Made by a program: the position numbers and the translations under genes. A stretch of 64,000 nt of DNA from a virus. The notes under the pieces are model-generated. The model had not been told where the DNA came from. It ran no database searches and saw nothing but the letters and a program-made list of their open reading frames with translations. Shown here piece by piece: positions 16,910 to 26,720 of the stretch (positions are counted from its first letter, which is position 1; the number at the start of each line of letters is the position of its first letter). The stretch is from positions 36,391 through 100,390 of the IMG/VR virus record IMGVR_UViG_3300010160_000003, one strand, 5' to 3'.

Positions 16910-17141
16910 ACTTTCCCTCTAGTCTATTTATTTCATCTTTAATATAAAAAATGGCCTTTTCTAAATCTTGAATGGTTTTTGCTTCATCTTTAAGTCCTGC
17001 TCTCCACAAGTACTTAAAGGCATTACCAATGTTAAAGTTACGATGACGAGTAATTTGAATTGCTTCTATACCACTAGGGTCAGAAGTATAGTGAACGGGA
17101 TGATTAACCTGGTCAACTGTAATGTTAAACTTTTCACTCAT
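16899..17141 (-). CDS. DUF3310 (SaV-like) protein
   Basis: VNHPVHYT...IEAI...FNIGNAFKYLWRAGLK...DLEKAIFYI. Confidence 0.88.
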   Translation of the reverse strand: MSEKFNITVDQVNHPVHYTSDPSGIEAIQITRHRNFNIGNAFKYLWRAGLKDEAKTIQDLEKAIFYIKDEINRLEGKYVN

Positions 17142-17256
17142 CTTCATTCCAGTCTATATCAAAAGCATCTTCAAGATCTTTTAATGAAGAAAGTGCATAA
17201 GTAATTCCAACTGCACCTACAATTGCTAGGGCTAGAATAATTTTCTTTTTATTCAT
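17134..17256 (-). CDS. Small single-TM protein, missing from ORF track
   Basis: Hand translation MNKKKIILALAIVGAVGITYALSSLKDLEDAFDIDWNEDE; ATGA overlap with the upstream stop. Confidence 0.65.
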   Translation of the reverse strand: MNKKKIILALAIVGAVGITYALSSLKDLEDAFDIDWNEDE

Positions 17257-17408
17257 CGTTTAGACTTCCTTAGATTAAATTTAGCAAGGTATACGTAGAT
17301 AGTCTCAACACTGGCTCCGCACTCCTTTGCAATTTCTTCTGGGGTCTTCTTATCCACAAGATAACGCTTACGCATGAAAACTTCTGAAGTATACAGTTTA
17401 GCAGTCAT
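17253..17408 (-). CDS. Small HTH DNA-binding protein
   Basis: KTPEEIAKECGASVETIYVYLAKF; start trimmed from the track ORF. Confidence 0.7.
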   Translation of the reverse strand: MTAKLYTSEVFMRKRYLVDKKTPEEIAKECGASVETIYVYLAKFNLRKSKR

Positions 17409-17423
17409 ATTGTTATTTGTCAA
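17395..17423 (-). promoter_or_regulatory. SigA-type promoter
   Basis: TTGACA-17 nt-TAAACT with TGC extension. Confidence 0.6.
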
Positions 17424-18057
17424 GTTCTGTATCAATAACATCATAGTCATAAGCATTGGAGTCTTCAAGCATCCATTTATCGTAACTCTCAACATCCCAT
17501 TTATTTGTATTAATGAGTCTTTGTATAACTAGATCTTTTTTGGTAACAAATGAAGGTTCTTTTAGCCTTACCCGATTATTTGGCTGGATTGCAAAATTGC
17601 CATCGTCTCTTTGAATAACATGGCCACATTTATGCTGACCTGGATTTTCTGAATACCCGTCATCTAATATATTTGTCTCTGGGTTATGCCAATCCAGGGT
17701 AAATAAATATGTTCCAGGAACGCTGGTCTTAGTTCTATCAAGATAGGACATCCTCATATTACTTAAGTTTTCAAACTTTGTTACTGAAACATATGGACTA
17801 AAAGAATTCCATAAGACAAGATTTTGAATTGGTTCTTCTGGAACACCTGGCTTAGTGCAAAAAGCATTAATTGGCATTCTCCACCAGATACCACCATCCT
17901 CCATTAAGAAATGGAACAAGGGGCTTCTACTTTTAATACTTGAAACACCAAATATGACGCATGGAAAATATTGGTCATGGCTATCTTCTTGGTCTCTTAA
18001 AAAGTTTCCACGAACGTAGCACTCAATTGGTGGTATGTTTGCATTTAACTCTGGCAT
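17413..18057 (-). CDS. Conserved phage hypothetical protein
   Basis: ORF track; LNANIPP, HKCGH and QPNNR motifs. Confidence 0.7.
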   Translation of the reverse strand: MPELNANIPPIECYVRGNFLRDQEDSHDQYFPCVIFGVSSIKSRSPLFHFLMEDGGIWWRMPINAFCTKPGVPEEPIQNLVLWNSFSPYVSVTKFENLSNMRMSYLDRTKTSVPGTYLFTLDWHNPETNILDDGYSENPGQHKCGHVIQRDDGNFAIQPNNRVRLKEPSFVTKKDLVIQRLINTNKWDVESYDKWMLEDSNAYDYDVIDTELDK

Positions 18058-18659
18058 TATTTATTATCTCCTATTGCTTTCTCCCAGTTTTTTATTGCCC
18101 AATGTCCAATACCACAGGCATCTGCAACATCATTATCAACTATATTTTTATCATACTGCATATTAATAAACCTAATAGTTTTTTGTTTTCTTATTTCTCT
18201 TTCATTTGATTTGTGCCATGCTTCTGACTTACCTGGATTCTTTGATCTTATTAAAAACTTTTCATCTTTAGTTAATTTACCATTCCCTAAAAATATTTGC
18301 CAAGTAATTGGTGCAACCTTGCCAATGGCTTTTGTTCCAGACTGACCTGCTGCTCCAAGAATAGCACCCTGAACTAATGCAAGGTCTGCAGCGGTCTTGG
18401 GACTGTTCATAAAGACAGTATGTTCAATTACTATTGCTTCAAAACCACTATAGTAATCAAAGAAAGCCTTAACCTTTTGCCCTGCATCCATAACTTTTTG
18501 GTATGTATCTTTACCTTCAAAGTTAATTTTTCCTATAGTTCCTAATGCTTTTTGTTGGGTATCAAACAAAGCAAAAGCAAGACTATTAGTACTAGCATCA
18601 ATAGCACAAATAGTTTTTGGCATCATCTCTAATCCCCATTTATTCTTGCTCATATTCAA
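18057..18659 (-). CDS. ruvC: RuvC-like Holliday junction resolvase
   Basis: AIDASTNSLAFA, VIEH, LALVQGAILG, DVADACGI catalytic pattern. Confidence 0.8.
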   Translation of the reverse strand: MNMSKNKWGLEMMPKTICAIDASTNSLAFALFDTQQKALGTIGKINFEGKDTYQKVMDAGQKVKAFFDYYSGFEAIVIEHTVFMNSPKTAADLALVQGAILGAAGQSGTKAIGKVAPITWQIFLGNGKLTKDEKFLIRSKNPGKSEAWHKSNEREIRKQKTIRFINMQYDKNIVDNDVADACGIGHWAIKNWEKAIGDNK

Positions 18660-18930
18660 TATAACCTTTCAACTCTTTTAACATTTTTGTAACTGCCTTT
18701 TCGCTAACATTACAGTTAGCACAAAATCCAGAATCGTTATAAATAGATAATTCTTGTCCACACCCTCCAAGACAAAGACGTACCTTGTTTTTTCTTTTTT
18801 GTCTTTTTGTGACAGCATATCTTTCTGCAATTTTTTCTTTAGTTGCAAGGTCTCTACAAACCTTGCTACAATAAATTTGATAACTTACTGCAGCCTTAAA
18901 AGATGAGTGGCAGATGCTACATAGTTTCAC
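18640..18930 (-). CDS. Cys-rich zinc-finger hypothetical protein
   Basis: CxxC, CxxxC, CxxxC, CxxC. Confidence 0.65.
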   Translation of the reverse strand: MKLCSICHSSFKAAVSYQIYCSKVCRDLATKEKIAERYAVTKRQKRKNKVRLCLGGCGQELSIYNDSGFCANCNVSEKAVTKMLKELKGYIEYEQE

Positions 18931-19702
18931 GCAGTTCCTCCAGGGATGCTATCTTTATTACGCCCACCCCTGCTTCTCCGCAAGCCTTCTTAATAGGACA
19001 GTTCTTGCAGATTTTTGAATTAGATCTATAGTTTTTTGTAGGAAGAGTTTTATCTTCCCATGCCTTACGAACATCACGCATCCACTGAAAAGCCATGTCA
19101 ATCCACGCTCTATAGTGATCGTTTACTTCTACTGGAATAATTAATAGTTCATGATTATTTTTATTTTCATAAACTAGAATACCTTTGGATTTTTTAAGAA
19201 CCTTCATATAAATAAGCAACTGAACTACGTGACCCATTTTTGGTTTGTTTGTACGCTTGCGGTACTCAAATACCTCATTGTTTGTTGTCTTAACTTCAAC
19301 AACAATCTCATCGCCCTTCCATTGAATAAAGTTATCCACATACCCAAAAATTGGTGGGTCATCATGGAATAACTTAAATTCAGAGTTAATTGAAATACCA
19401 GAGTTTTTAAACGCTGCTTCAATTCGGCTATGAGAAAGAGTACCATTAGTCATGTTTGCTACCGCATAGGCATCTGAGTTATCTTCAAAAACTGCACCCT
19501 CAAAAGCAAGATACCAGTATCTTGGACATTCACCATGACCGTATGCAATTGTAGACGGACCAAAAGTCTTTTTTTGTTTATGCTCAGGATCTCTTCCTAC
19601 AAGATATCCTTGTTGAATAACATTAACTAATTCTTTTGCATCTATCTGTTCTGGTGTTTCAACTTCTTTAATCATTATTGTATGTAGTAAATTTTTTGTC
19701 AT
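18917..19702 (-). CDS. Cas4-like PD-(D/E)xK exonuclease
   Basis: CPRYWY, GTLSH, GYVD...EVKT, QLLIY and C-terminal CKNCPIKKAC (Fe-S Cys). Confidence 0.85.
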   Translation of the reverse strand: MTKNLLHTIMIKEVETPEQIDAKELVNVIQQGYLVGRDPEHKQKKTFGPSTIAYGHGECPRYWYLAFEGAVFEDNSDAYAVANMTNGTLSHSRIEAAFKNSGISINSEFKLFHDDPPIFGYVDNFIQWKGDEIVVEVKTTNNEVFEYRKRTNKPKMGHVVQLLIYMKVLKKSKGILVYENKNNHELLIIPVEVNDHYRAWIDMAFQWMRDVRKAWEDKTLPTKNYRSNSKICKNCPIKKACGEAGVGVIKIASLEELRETM

Positions 19703-19739
19703 TATATCCCCTTGTTTATATAAGTATAGCAGGTTACGG

Positions 19740-20045
19740 TTATCGTATTAAATACTTAAGTGCTGAAACAAGAGAGTTAATTGATTCTGCTGCAGTATAA
19801 TAAATGTTCTTTTTTGCTCTATTACTTTTGTCTACGTTGGCCATCCAAGTAGCCTTTAAAGCCATCTTAGCGGCTATAGCCTGGAGTCTAACAATTTCTA
19901 GACTTGCAACCTGTATAGGGATATCTGGCTTAATGATAATCTTGGCAATCATTGTTAACGCTACTGTCAACTCTTCATCATCCATATACTCTGCAATTTC
20001 TGCTAATCCATTGACCTGCTCAAGTGTTGTCTTTGTTGGTTCCAT
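19740..20045 (-). CDS. Hypothetical helical protein
   Basis: ORF track; AAGGAG RBS. Confidence 0.7.
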   Translation of the reverse strand: MEPTKTTLEQVNGLAEIAEYMDDEELTVALTMIAKIIIKPDIPIQVASLEIVRLQAIAAKMALKATWMANVDKSNRAKKNIYYTAAESINSLVSALKYLIR

Positions 20046-20331
20046 TATTATTCTCCTTTATTAATTGTTCTAACATATCTAATTCTATTATAGCAAGGCG
20101 TACCTTTTGTGTCCCCTCGCCAAGCACGATAACCAAAGCAGGATCCATACTTTTCTTTAATGCATCAGTTGTGGCCTTAGCCCAAACATCTTGGTTTAAT
20201 GTAAAAGATTTTGAACATTCTTTAAAGTCTATTACAAAATTATTCCAGGAAGCATCGCCTTTGGTGTTGTTGCGACCACTATTCTTATGTTGTTTGGCAC
20301 CTATTCTTTTAGATTCTGATCTTTCACTCAT
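20020..20331 (-). CDS. PD-(D/E)xK Holliday junction resolvase-like nuclease
   Basis: E...NSG...KGDA...IDFKE motif; start trimmed to MSERSE. Confidence 0.7.
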   Translation of the reverse strand: MSERSESKRIGAKQHKNSGRNNTKGDASWNNFVIDFKECSKSFTLNQDVWAKATTDALKKSMDPALVIVLGEGTQKVRLAIIELDMLEQLIKENNNGTNKDNT

Positions 20332-20509
20332 CTTCAAAATCCCTTTTTTTCTTTTTAGATGGAATAAGACCAACTCTTGATACATGTTTTGATGTGCACA
20401 TCCAAGTAGCATCCCCCGTTTCAGACCAAAGCCTTAAAGAGGTAACTGGTAATTTGCATTTTTGACAAATAAACTCACCAGCAAAAACCTTAAAATCTCT
20501 TTCAGCCAT
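20324..20509 (-). CDS. Small zinc-ribbon protein
   Basis: CQKC...WMC..KH. Confidence 0.6.
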   Translation of the reverse strand: MAERDFKVFAGEFICQKCKLPVTSLRLWSETGDATWMCTSKHVSRVGLIPSKKKKRDFEDE

Positions 20510-21515
20510 TGGCAAGTTTGTCCTTTAAACTTTTTTGTAAGTCAAGATCTTCTCTGACACGACTAATAAAACCTTCTCTGCCTTGAACCTTTGTGCCATC
20601 ATCAAGTTGATACCAAGCACCAGTACGATTAACAAGTCCTATTGATTCTGCTGTGTCAACCAAATCACCAATAGCATCAATACCAATATCGTCACCTCTA
20701 AAATAAAAATCATACTCACCAGATTGAAATCCTGGAGAAGTTTTAGAAAATTGTAACTCCCAACGAATCTTTCTTCCAATCTTTTCTTCAATTAATTTAT
20801 CGCCTATCTTAATTTTTCCCTTAATTGCTTGATTTTCGGACTCGGAACTAAATAACTTAATAATGCAAGAAGAATAAAACTTAGTAGCCTGACCACCAGA
20901 AGGCTGCTGGCTAGTATACATAGCATTAATATTATTACGAGACTGGGAAATAAGAACAAGAAGAGTAGGCTTAACCTTGTTATTAGCATAATTAAGCATT
21001 TTCCATGCATTACTAAAGTCACGTGATTCTGCTCCAATCTGTTTTGTGTTTTCTAAAGCCTTCATATCATCAGTGTCTTTCTCAAAGTAAATTGCAGGAA
21101 GCATTGATGTAATAGAGTCTATCACGATAATATCTACTCCAGCATTAATAAGACCAACACCTACATCTACCATGTCGCTTATTGTTCTTGCTTGTGAATA
21201 AATTAATTTTGTTGGATCTACCCCAAGTTTTATTGCCCAGTCTTCAGAGTATGACATTTCAGAGTCGATCCACGCACATACCTTACCTTCTTTTTGTGCT
21301 AAAGCAATCATTTGAAGGCACATAGATGACTTTGCAGAAGACTTACTTCCCCAAACTAATACCTGTCTGCCGTATGGTAGTCCTCCACCTAGTGCACGGT
21401 TTAATCCAAAACTGGGTGTTGGTTGATGATCAAAGTTTATTCCAACACCACTCCCTAGCCTCTTTCTTAATTTAGGGTCTAGTTGTGCTAATACTTCTTC
21501 TATTGTTACTGACAT
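20502..21515 (-). CDS. recA: RecA-like recombinase
   Basis: LNRALGGGLPYGR, variant Walker A GSKSSAKS, WIDSE, IVIDS, GGQATKFYSS, GAWY. Confidence 0.92.
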   Translation of the reverse strand: MSVTIEEVLAQLDPKLRKRLGSGVGINFDHQPTPSFGLNRALGGGLPYGRQVLVWGSKSSAKSSMCLQMIALAQKEGKVCAWIDSEMSYSEDWAIKLGVDPTKLIYSQARTISDMVDVGVGLINAGVDIIVIDSITSMLPAIYFEKDTDDMKALENTKQIGAESRDFSNAWKMLNYANNKVKPTLLVLISQSRNNINAMYTSQQPSGGQATKFYSSCIIKLFSSESENQAIKGKIKIGDKLIEEKIGRKIRWELQFSKTSPGFQSGEYDFYFRGDDIGIDAIGDLVDTAESIGLVNRTGAWYQLDDGTKVQGREGFISRVREDLDLQKSLKDKLANG

Positions 21516-21844
21516 TAAAATCGTACCCCGTGTTTTTCTGGTCTAGTTTTATTAAAGTTAATTTTTTCTTCCATTGCATAATCAAGGGATAACTTAGTAT
21601 ACCCTGCTTCAACCATTCCTGCATATAGATCAAGTGTGCGAATAATAATGTCTGCAAACTCTTTAGTAATTTCTTCTTCACCTTTATCTTTACGTACCGC
21701 TTCCATTACTTCTGTTACTTCAGAAACAATCATCATACATTGTTTTGCAATAAAAATATCATTAACCACTGCTGGCCAAAATCCTTTTTCAACTGCATTT
21801 TTGTGCAACTCTATTGCTAAATTGTCAAATACATTGTTATACAT
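21515..21844 (-). CDS. mazG: MazG-like NTP pyrophosphohydrolase
   Basis: SEVTEVMEAVRK...EFADIIIR..D...N..R..KHG. Confidence 0.85.
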   Translation of the reverse strand: MYNNVFDNLAIELHKNAVEKGFWPAVVNDIFIAKQCMMIVSEVTEVMEAVRKDKGEEEITKEFADIIIRTLDLYAGMVEAGYTKLSLDYAMEEKINFNKTRPEKHGVRF

Positions 21845-24800
21845 TTATATCCTCCAGTGTTATTGTTCCATCTTTTGTTTTACCAAAACTAAATTTATAT
21901 GCCTTGCCTTCTTCAATATTCATGTAGGCTTTTGGAAATGCCGTTGGAAATACTGTTATAGAGTGTAAGTCTCTGCTGGTATCTGCTAAAGTTAATGAAG
22001 CCATCTTCTTTCCAGCCTTTGTAATTCTAGGCTTAAAAGAAACTACAAACATTTCATTATCTTTATACGGTAGTTGTTTATATCCTAAGAATCTTACAAG
22101 AGCATTTGAAGATCCTTTTATTTCATCAACGGGGATTGCAGAAACAATCCTGTTATCATTTGCAAGAATAAGATAAGTACGACCTGTCTCAATGGTGGTT
22201 GCTTCTTCATCAAATATACCAACGCTGCCCGTTTTATCTAGAATCTCAACTCGTGACCAACCCTTTCCTCGTTTAATTGCCTTGACCATTCCCATTAAAA
22301 TAAATGATCCCTTCTCTTCAAAAGAATCAACATCCTGTATAAATGCGTAGTAGTGAGATGGAATTGTAATGTTAAACTCTGGAAGATTTAAGAACTCGTA
22401 TAAGTTTTCTTTAATTTCTGCATCATTTCGTGGTTGATCTGAGAATGTTGCTCCACCAATAACACGTAATGCATTTAATGCACGGCTATTTACCCCATTG
22501 CCTTTTGTAAAAGTAAACTCTTCAAGTTGTTTATAGGATGTAAATGGACGAGCAGCAATATATTTTTCTGCAATGTTTGTTGATATAAACTTAATACCAG
22601 TCAAACCAAAACGAATACCCTTGCCTTCAATCTTAAAATCTAAATCAGAATCATTAATGTGTGGAAGTTTAATCGGAATGTTCATTCTTTTTGCTTCAAT
22701 TAGATACTCTGTTCTTGCATCCTTATCCTTTTCATTTTTTAAAAGGGCAAACATAAACTCAAGTGGATAATAATACTTTAGCCATGCTGTCCAATAGGAT
22801 AGGGTTGAATATGCTACTGCGTGAGACTTATTAAATGAATACCCTGCATGAGCCTCAAAGTCATGCCATAAATCACGAGCATCATTAGGAGCAATATAAG
22901 CAGAGGCACCAGAAACAAACTGCTCTTTGTATACATCAAACTCTTTTGCGTTTTTCTTCTTACCAATAATCTTTCTAACCTTATCAGCATCCGACATTGA
23001 CATACCACCAAGGTGTACGCAAGCCTGCATAACTTGTTCCTGGTATAAAATACACCCATATGTATCAGAAGTAAATGGCTTCATAATTTGATGACTATAT
23101 GAAACATTTTGCTTTCCATGTTTACGAGCAATATAATCTTTACCAATTGTGTTCATTGCACCTGGACGAACTAAAGCATTAGATGCTGCAAGTTCATCAA
23201 AATTCTTTACACCCATTTTAACTAAAAGGTTTGTATATGGAGTTGCTTCGCATTGAAACACACCCTTTGTGTAACCATCAGAAAGCATTTCATAAACTTT
23301 TGGATCTGCCATATCAATAGATAGTAATTCAATATCTTTATAATGATTTTGTTTAATCATTGATACTGCATCTTGAATAACGCTAAGAGTCTTAAGTCCT
23401 AGTGCATCTATTTTTATAAGCCCGATGCGTTCAGCCTCTTCCATGTCGACACCAACCACAGGTATACGTTCATCAGACCCAGGAGAAGATCTCGTTTCCA
23501 ACGGAGCAAACCTAAAAATTGGATCTTTGCTAGTGACCACACCAGCAGCGTGTATACCAGTACCACGAATACGACCACGTAATTGTTCACCATAAACCTC
23601 CACCTCTGGATATTTTTCTCTAAACTCTCTTGTTGACTTAGAACTACAGAAGTCTTCCCAAGTATCTACTAATTTTAAAACCTTGTTAACATCTGTTAAA
23701 GGAATATCTAAAACTCGTGCAACATCTCGCACAACTCCTTTGTCTTTAAATTGTAAGAAGGTGGCAATAGATGCAACATGTCGATATTGTCTAACTAAAT
23801 AATCTTTAACTTCATCACGGCGAGTATCTTGAATATCGGTATCAATATCAGGAAAGTCGTTGCGATCTGGGTTAATAAAACGGAAAAACAAAAGTCCATG
23901 TTTAATTGGATCAATATCTGTAATACCAAGGCAATAACAAACCAAAGAACCAGCAGAAGACCCACGACCAGGACCAACCATAATTCCCTCTTTCTTTGCC
24001 CAAGCAATCATGCTTTGAACTACAAGAAAGTATGGAGCAAACTTTTTATTTTTAATGATTTCAAGTTCTTCTTCAACTCTGGCAATATACTCTGGGTTAT
24101 CTAAAAGGCCTCTGCTCTCCAAACCTTCATAAGCAATCTTTTTAAGTTCTTTGTCAGGGCTCTTGTACTGTACTGGCAGTAGGTTAAGACCTTCTTGAAT
24201 GTCATAGTCTTCTACTGTATCTGCTAATAATAAAGTGTTTGAGTAGATGTCTGGTCGATCAATACCCTGCAATTCCATGGCTGATTTAATTTCTTTATAG
24301 GACAGAAGGTGTATATCAAACTTATTAAATGTTATTTGGCGGTCTTTACCATAAAGGTAATCAAGTCTATCCATCATAGAAGAATGCTTTGATGCCTTTG
24401 CAAATGTTGTTTCTTTAACAACCTTGGCGTGTGTATTCATTAAAAGTTTAAACTCTTGAATTTCTTTTTGTGAGGGATCAGAATGATGACAATCTGGTGT
24501 AACAATAACTTTAATATTAAACTCATCGGCAAGTTCTATAAGATATTTGTTAATGTGTGCTTCGGTGTGTGGCATTACCTCAATATAATAATCACTGCCA
24601 AAACGTTCTTTAAACCAAGTAATATATTTTTTGGCAAGAGCAAACTCTTCTTCTTCTAATGCTTTTACAAGAACGCTGCTTGGACATGCAGAAGAAACAA
24701 TAATTCCTTCTTTATACTTTTCCAATATAGTAAAATCAAATCGTGGCTTTTTAAAGAAACCATCTGTCCAAGACAGTTCACTAATCTTGTTAAGGTTTTC

Positions 24801-25109
24801 TAAACCTATTTTATTCTTGGCTAGAAGGATAATGTGGTTATAGACAAGATCTTGTTGACCTTCTCTTTCAGACTTATCTCTTGTATCAGAGATATCTGCA
24901 CACATGTATCCTTCTAGACCTAGAATTGGCTTAATGCCCTTTGCTTTTGCAACTCGGTACAGTTCCCTATGCCCAGATAATGTTCCGTGATCTGTGATAG
25001 CCAAGGCTGGCATACCAAGTTCAACTGCTCGGTCTATATATTCTTCTGGAGTAGCAATCCCATCAAACAAACTAAAATGGGTATGGACATGTAAGCCTAC
25101 GTAGTTCAT
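21837..25109 (-). CDS. dnaE: DNA polymerase III alpha subunit (DnaE-type) with PHP domain
   Basis: LHVHTHFSLFDG, ITDHG, GPGRGSSAGS, PDIDTD, HAAGVV, KIDALGL, YQEQ, FNKSHA; start trimmed to MNYVG. Confidence 0.97.
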   Translation of the reverse strand: MNYVGLHVHTHFSLFDGIATPEEYIDRAVELGMPALAITDHGTLSGHRELYRVAKAKGIKPILGLEGYMCADISDTRDKSEREGQQDLVYNHIILLAKNKIGLENLNKISELSWTDGFFKKPRFDFTILEKYKEGIIVSSACPSSVLVKALEEEEFALAKKYITWFKERFGSDYYIEVMPHTEAHINKYLIELADEFNIKVIVTPDCHHSDPSQKEIQEFKLLMNTHAKVVKETTFAKASKHSSMMDRLDYLYGKDRQITFNKFDIHLLSYKEIKSAMELQGIDRPDIYSNTLLLADTVEDYDIQEGLNLLPVQYKSPDKELKKIAYEGLESRGLLDNPEYIARVEEELEIIKNKKFAPYFLVVQSMIAWAKKEGIMVGPGRGSSAGSLVCYCLGITDIDPIKHGLLFFRFINPDRNDFPDIDTDIQDTRRDEVKDYLVRQYRHVASIATFLQFKDKGVVRDVARVLDIPLTDVNKVLKLVDTWEDFCSSKSTREFREKYPEVEVYGEQLRGRIRGTGIHAAGVVTSKDPIFRFAPLETRSSPGSDERIPVVGVDMEEAERIGLIKIDALGLKTLSVIQDAVSMIKQNHYKDIELLSIDMADPKVYEMLSDGYTKGVFQCEATPYTNLLVKMGVKNFDELAASNALVRPGAMNTIGKDYIARKHGKQNVSYSHQIMKPFTSDTYGCILYQEQVMQACVHLGGMSMSDADKVRKIIGKKKNAKEFDVYKEQFVSGASAYIAPNDARDLWHDFEAHAGYSFNKSHAVAYSTLSYWTAWLKYYYPLEFMFALLKNEKDKDARTEYLIEAKRMNIPIKLPHINDSDLDFKIEGKGIRFGLTGIKFISTNIAEKYIAARPFTSYKQLEEFTFTKGNGVNSRALNALRVIGGATFSDQPRNDAEIKENLYEFLNLPEFNITIPSHYYAFIQDVDSFEEKGSFILMGMVKAIKRGKGWSRVEILDKTGSVGIFDEEATTIETGRTYLILANDNRIVSAIPVDEIKGSSNALVRFLGYKQLPYKDNEMFVVSFKPRITKAGKKMASLTLADTSRDLHSITVFPTAFPKAYMNIEEGKAYKFSFGKTKDGTITLEDINV

Positions 25110-25110
25110 A

Positions 25111-25767
25111 CTACCAATCAGCGTTAGTTGATGAGGTAGTAGAAGGGCCATCAAAGCCCAAGTAGAACGCTTCTTGTTCCGCATATGGAATCTTCTTTAG
25201 TGCTGACTCCAATGGATATGGTTCGATTGTTCCCCAGTTAAATGGTTCTTTATCTGGTGCTGAAGGAATTAATGTGTAGTTGGTTTCAGTACCCTGACCA
25301 TTACGCTTTAACTTCCATAATACGTTTGAGATGCTTCCTGTTTCAAGTGCATACTCACGAATAGTATTAAATGATGACTGCTTACTAATTCCCATGTTCC
25401 AAATTGCAACATATGGTGCTTCAATTCCATCATCAACAAGTACGTTGCAATAGAAACGTAGACGGGCTCTCCAGCCAGCCTTCATATCTTTGCGGTGCAT
25501 TTCTTCTGCCCAGTCACGACCTTCTGATTCCATTGTGTCTACAGCCTTGCGCTTATAGTCCTTTGGATTTGTGTGCTCCTTGACAACTAGTGCAAGGCCA
25601 CGCTTTTCGTTATAGTTTGCTGAGTCTTCATCTAACTCCTCAACAAATCGAATCTTTACTGACTGACCGTCTGCAAGTTTTAACCACTTTACTTTTGGTC
25701 CATCATTTTCATACTTTGGCTTTTCGAGCAGGGTTTCTATATTCTTTAATCCCTTTACAATGCTCAT
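25111..25767 (-). CDS. Single-stranded DNA-binding protein (gp32-like)
   Basis: WLKLADGQSVKIRF...KLKRNGQGTETNYTLIP, acidic/aromatic tail; sits between primase and DnaE. Confidence 0.7.
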   Translation of the reverse strand: MSIVKGLKNIETLLEKPKYENDGPKVKWLKLADGQSVKIRFVEELDEDSANYNEKRGLALVVKEHTNPKDYKRKAVDTMESEGRDWAEEMHRKDMKAGWRARLRFYCNVLVDDGIEAPYVAIWNMGISKQSSFNTIREYALETGSISNVLWKLKRNGQGTETNYTLIPSAPDKEPFNWGTIEPYPLESALKKIPYAEQEAFYLGFDGPSTTSSTNADW

Positions 25768-25793
25768 ATTTTATCTCCTTCGTGTTGTTTATA

Positions 25794-26720
25794 TTATTTT
25801 AGCATAGATGATATAGATTTGTCAAACTGAAACTCAAGTTTCTTTATTTCTGCATCTTCCATATCGCCTATGTCTTTATAGTTTTTATTAAGCCGAATAA
25901 CAGTAATTAAAGATCCAAGTTTTTCAATTAACTTGTCTTTCATTATGTTACCAGCATCATCGTTGTCTGCAATTAGTACAACATTTGTGAAGTACTTTTC
26001 TAATAATCTAGTTTGTGAATTAGATACATTAGCCCCAAGAGTTGCAACTGCTGGGAATCCTATTTGGTCTAGCCGAATTGCATCAAAAGATGATTCAACT
26101 ACGTATACTGTACCAGATGATTTAACTCTGTGCAAGTTAAATAATATCTTACCTTTTGGTAATCCTGGAGTATTTTTAAAGTCTTTTCCTTCAATAGTTC
26201 TTGCAACAAAACCAAGACACATTCCATCTGGAGAGTGCATTGGTACTGTTATCGAATCTTGTTTTTCTGAATATCCCAAAGAAAACTTTGACCATGATGT
26301 TGGTTCAATTTTTCTATACTTAAGATAATTCTTTGCCTTATCTGATACTGCAAGTTGGTTGTATAAACGCTTTAATATTAATTCATCATACTGAACAAAC
26401 TCTGGTGGTGCAACTAGTGTTTTGTTAACAAGTTTTTCAATATCGTTTTCTGTTTCTTTGCTTTTAATATATCTAACTGCTTCAAAATATGTTCGTCCAG
26501 ACATGTGCATAATAAATTCTTCTAGGTTCTTTGTTGTCTGGCATCCAAAACAAAAGAACAGTCCGCTATCCTTAGCAACTTCTCCAGCAGGAGTTCTGTT
26601 GTTATTGTGATATGGGCAAAAGATTATATAGTCATTGCCAAACTCTGCCTCAATATCCACTCCTGCACCTACAAGAACACGTTTAATCTGTTCTTGTGTA
26701 TATATATTATTTGTCTTCAT
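25794..26720 (-). CDS. dnaG: DNA primase (zinc finger plus TOPRIM)
   Basis: CPYH...CFGC, VVESSFDA, ATLG, DNDDAG, KDIGD. Confidence 0.92.
   Translation of the reverse strand: MKTNNIYTQEQIKRVLVGAGVDIEAEFGNDYIIFCPYHNNNRTPAGEVAKDSGLFFCFGCQTTKNLEEFIMHMSGRTYFEAVRYIKSKETENDIEKLVNKTLVAPPEFVQYDELILKRLYNQLAVSDKAKNYLKYRKIEPTSWSKFSLGYSEKQDSITVPMHSPDGMCLGFVARTIEGKDFKNTPGLPKGKILFNLHRVKSSGTVYVVESSFDAIRLDQIGFPAVATLGANVSNSQTRLLEKYFTNVVLIADNDDAGNIMKDKLIEKLGSLITVIRLNKNYKDIGDMEDAEIKKLEFQFDKSISSMLK
25796..25825 (-). promoter_or_regulatory. SigA-type promoter for ssb-dnaE
   Basis: TTGACA-18 nt-TAAAAT with TGC extension. Confidence 0.65.

Noticed and set aside
18917-19702. Cas4-like gene as evidence of a CRISPR-Cas system
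   Set aside because: No array or other cas genes; solo Cas4-like nucleases are common in phage recombination modules.
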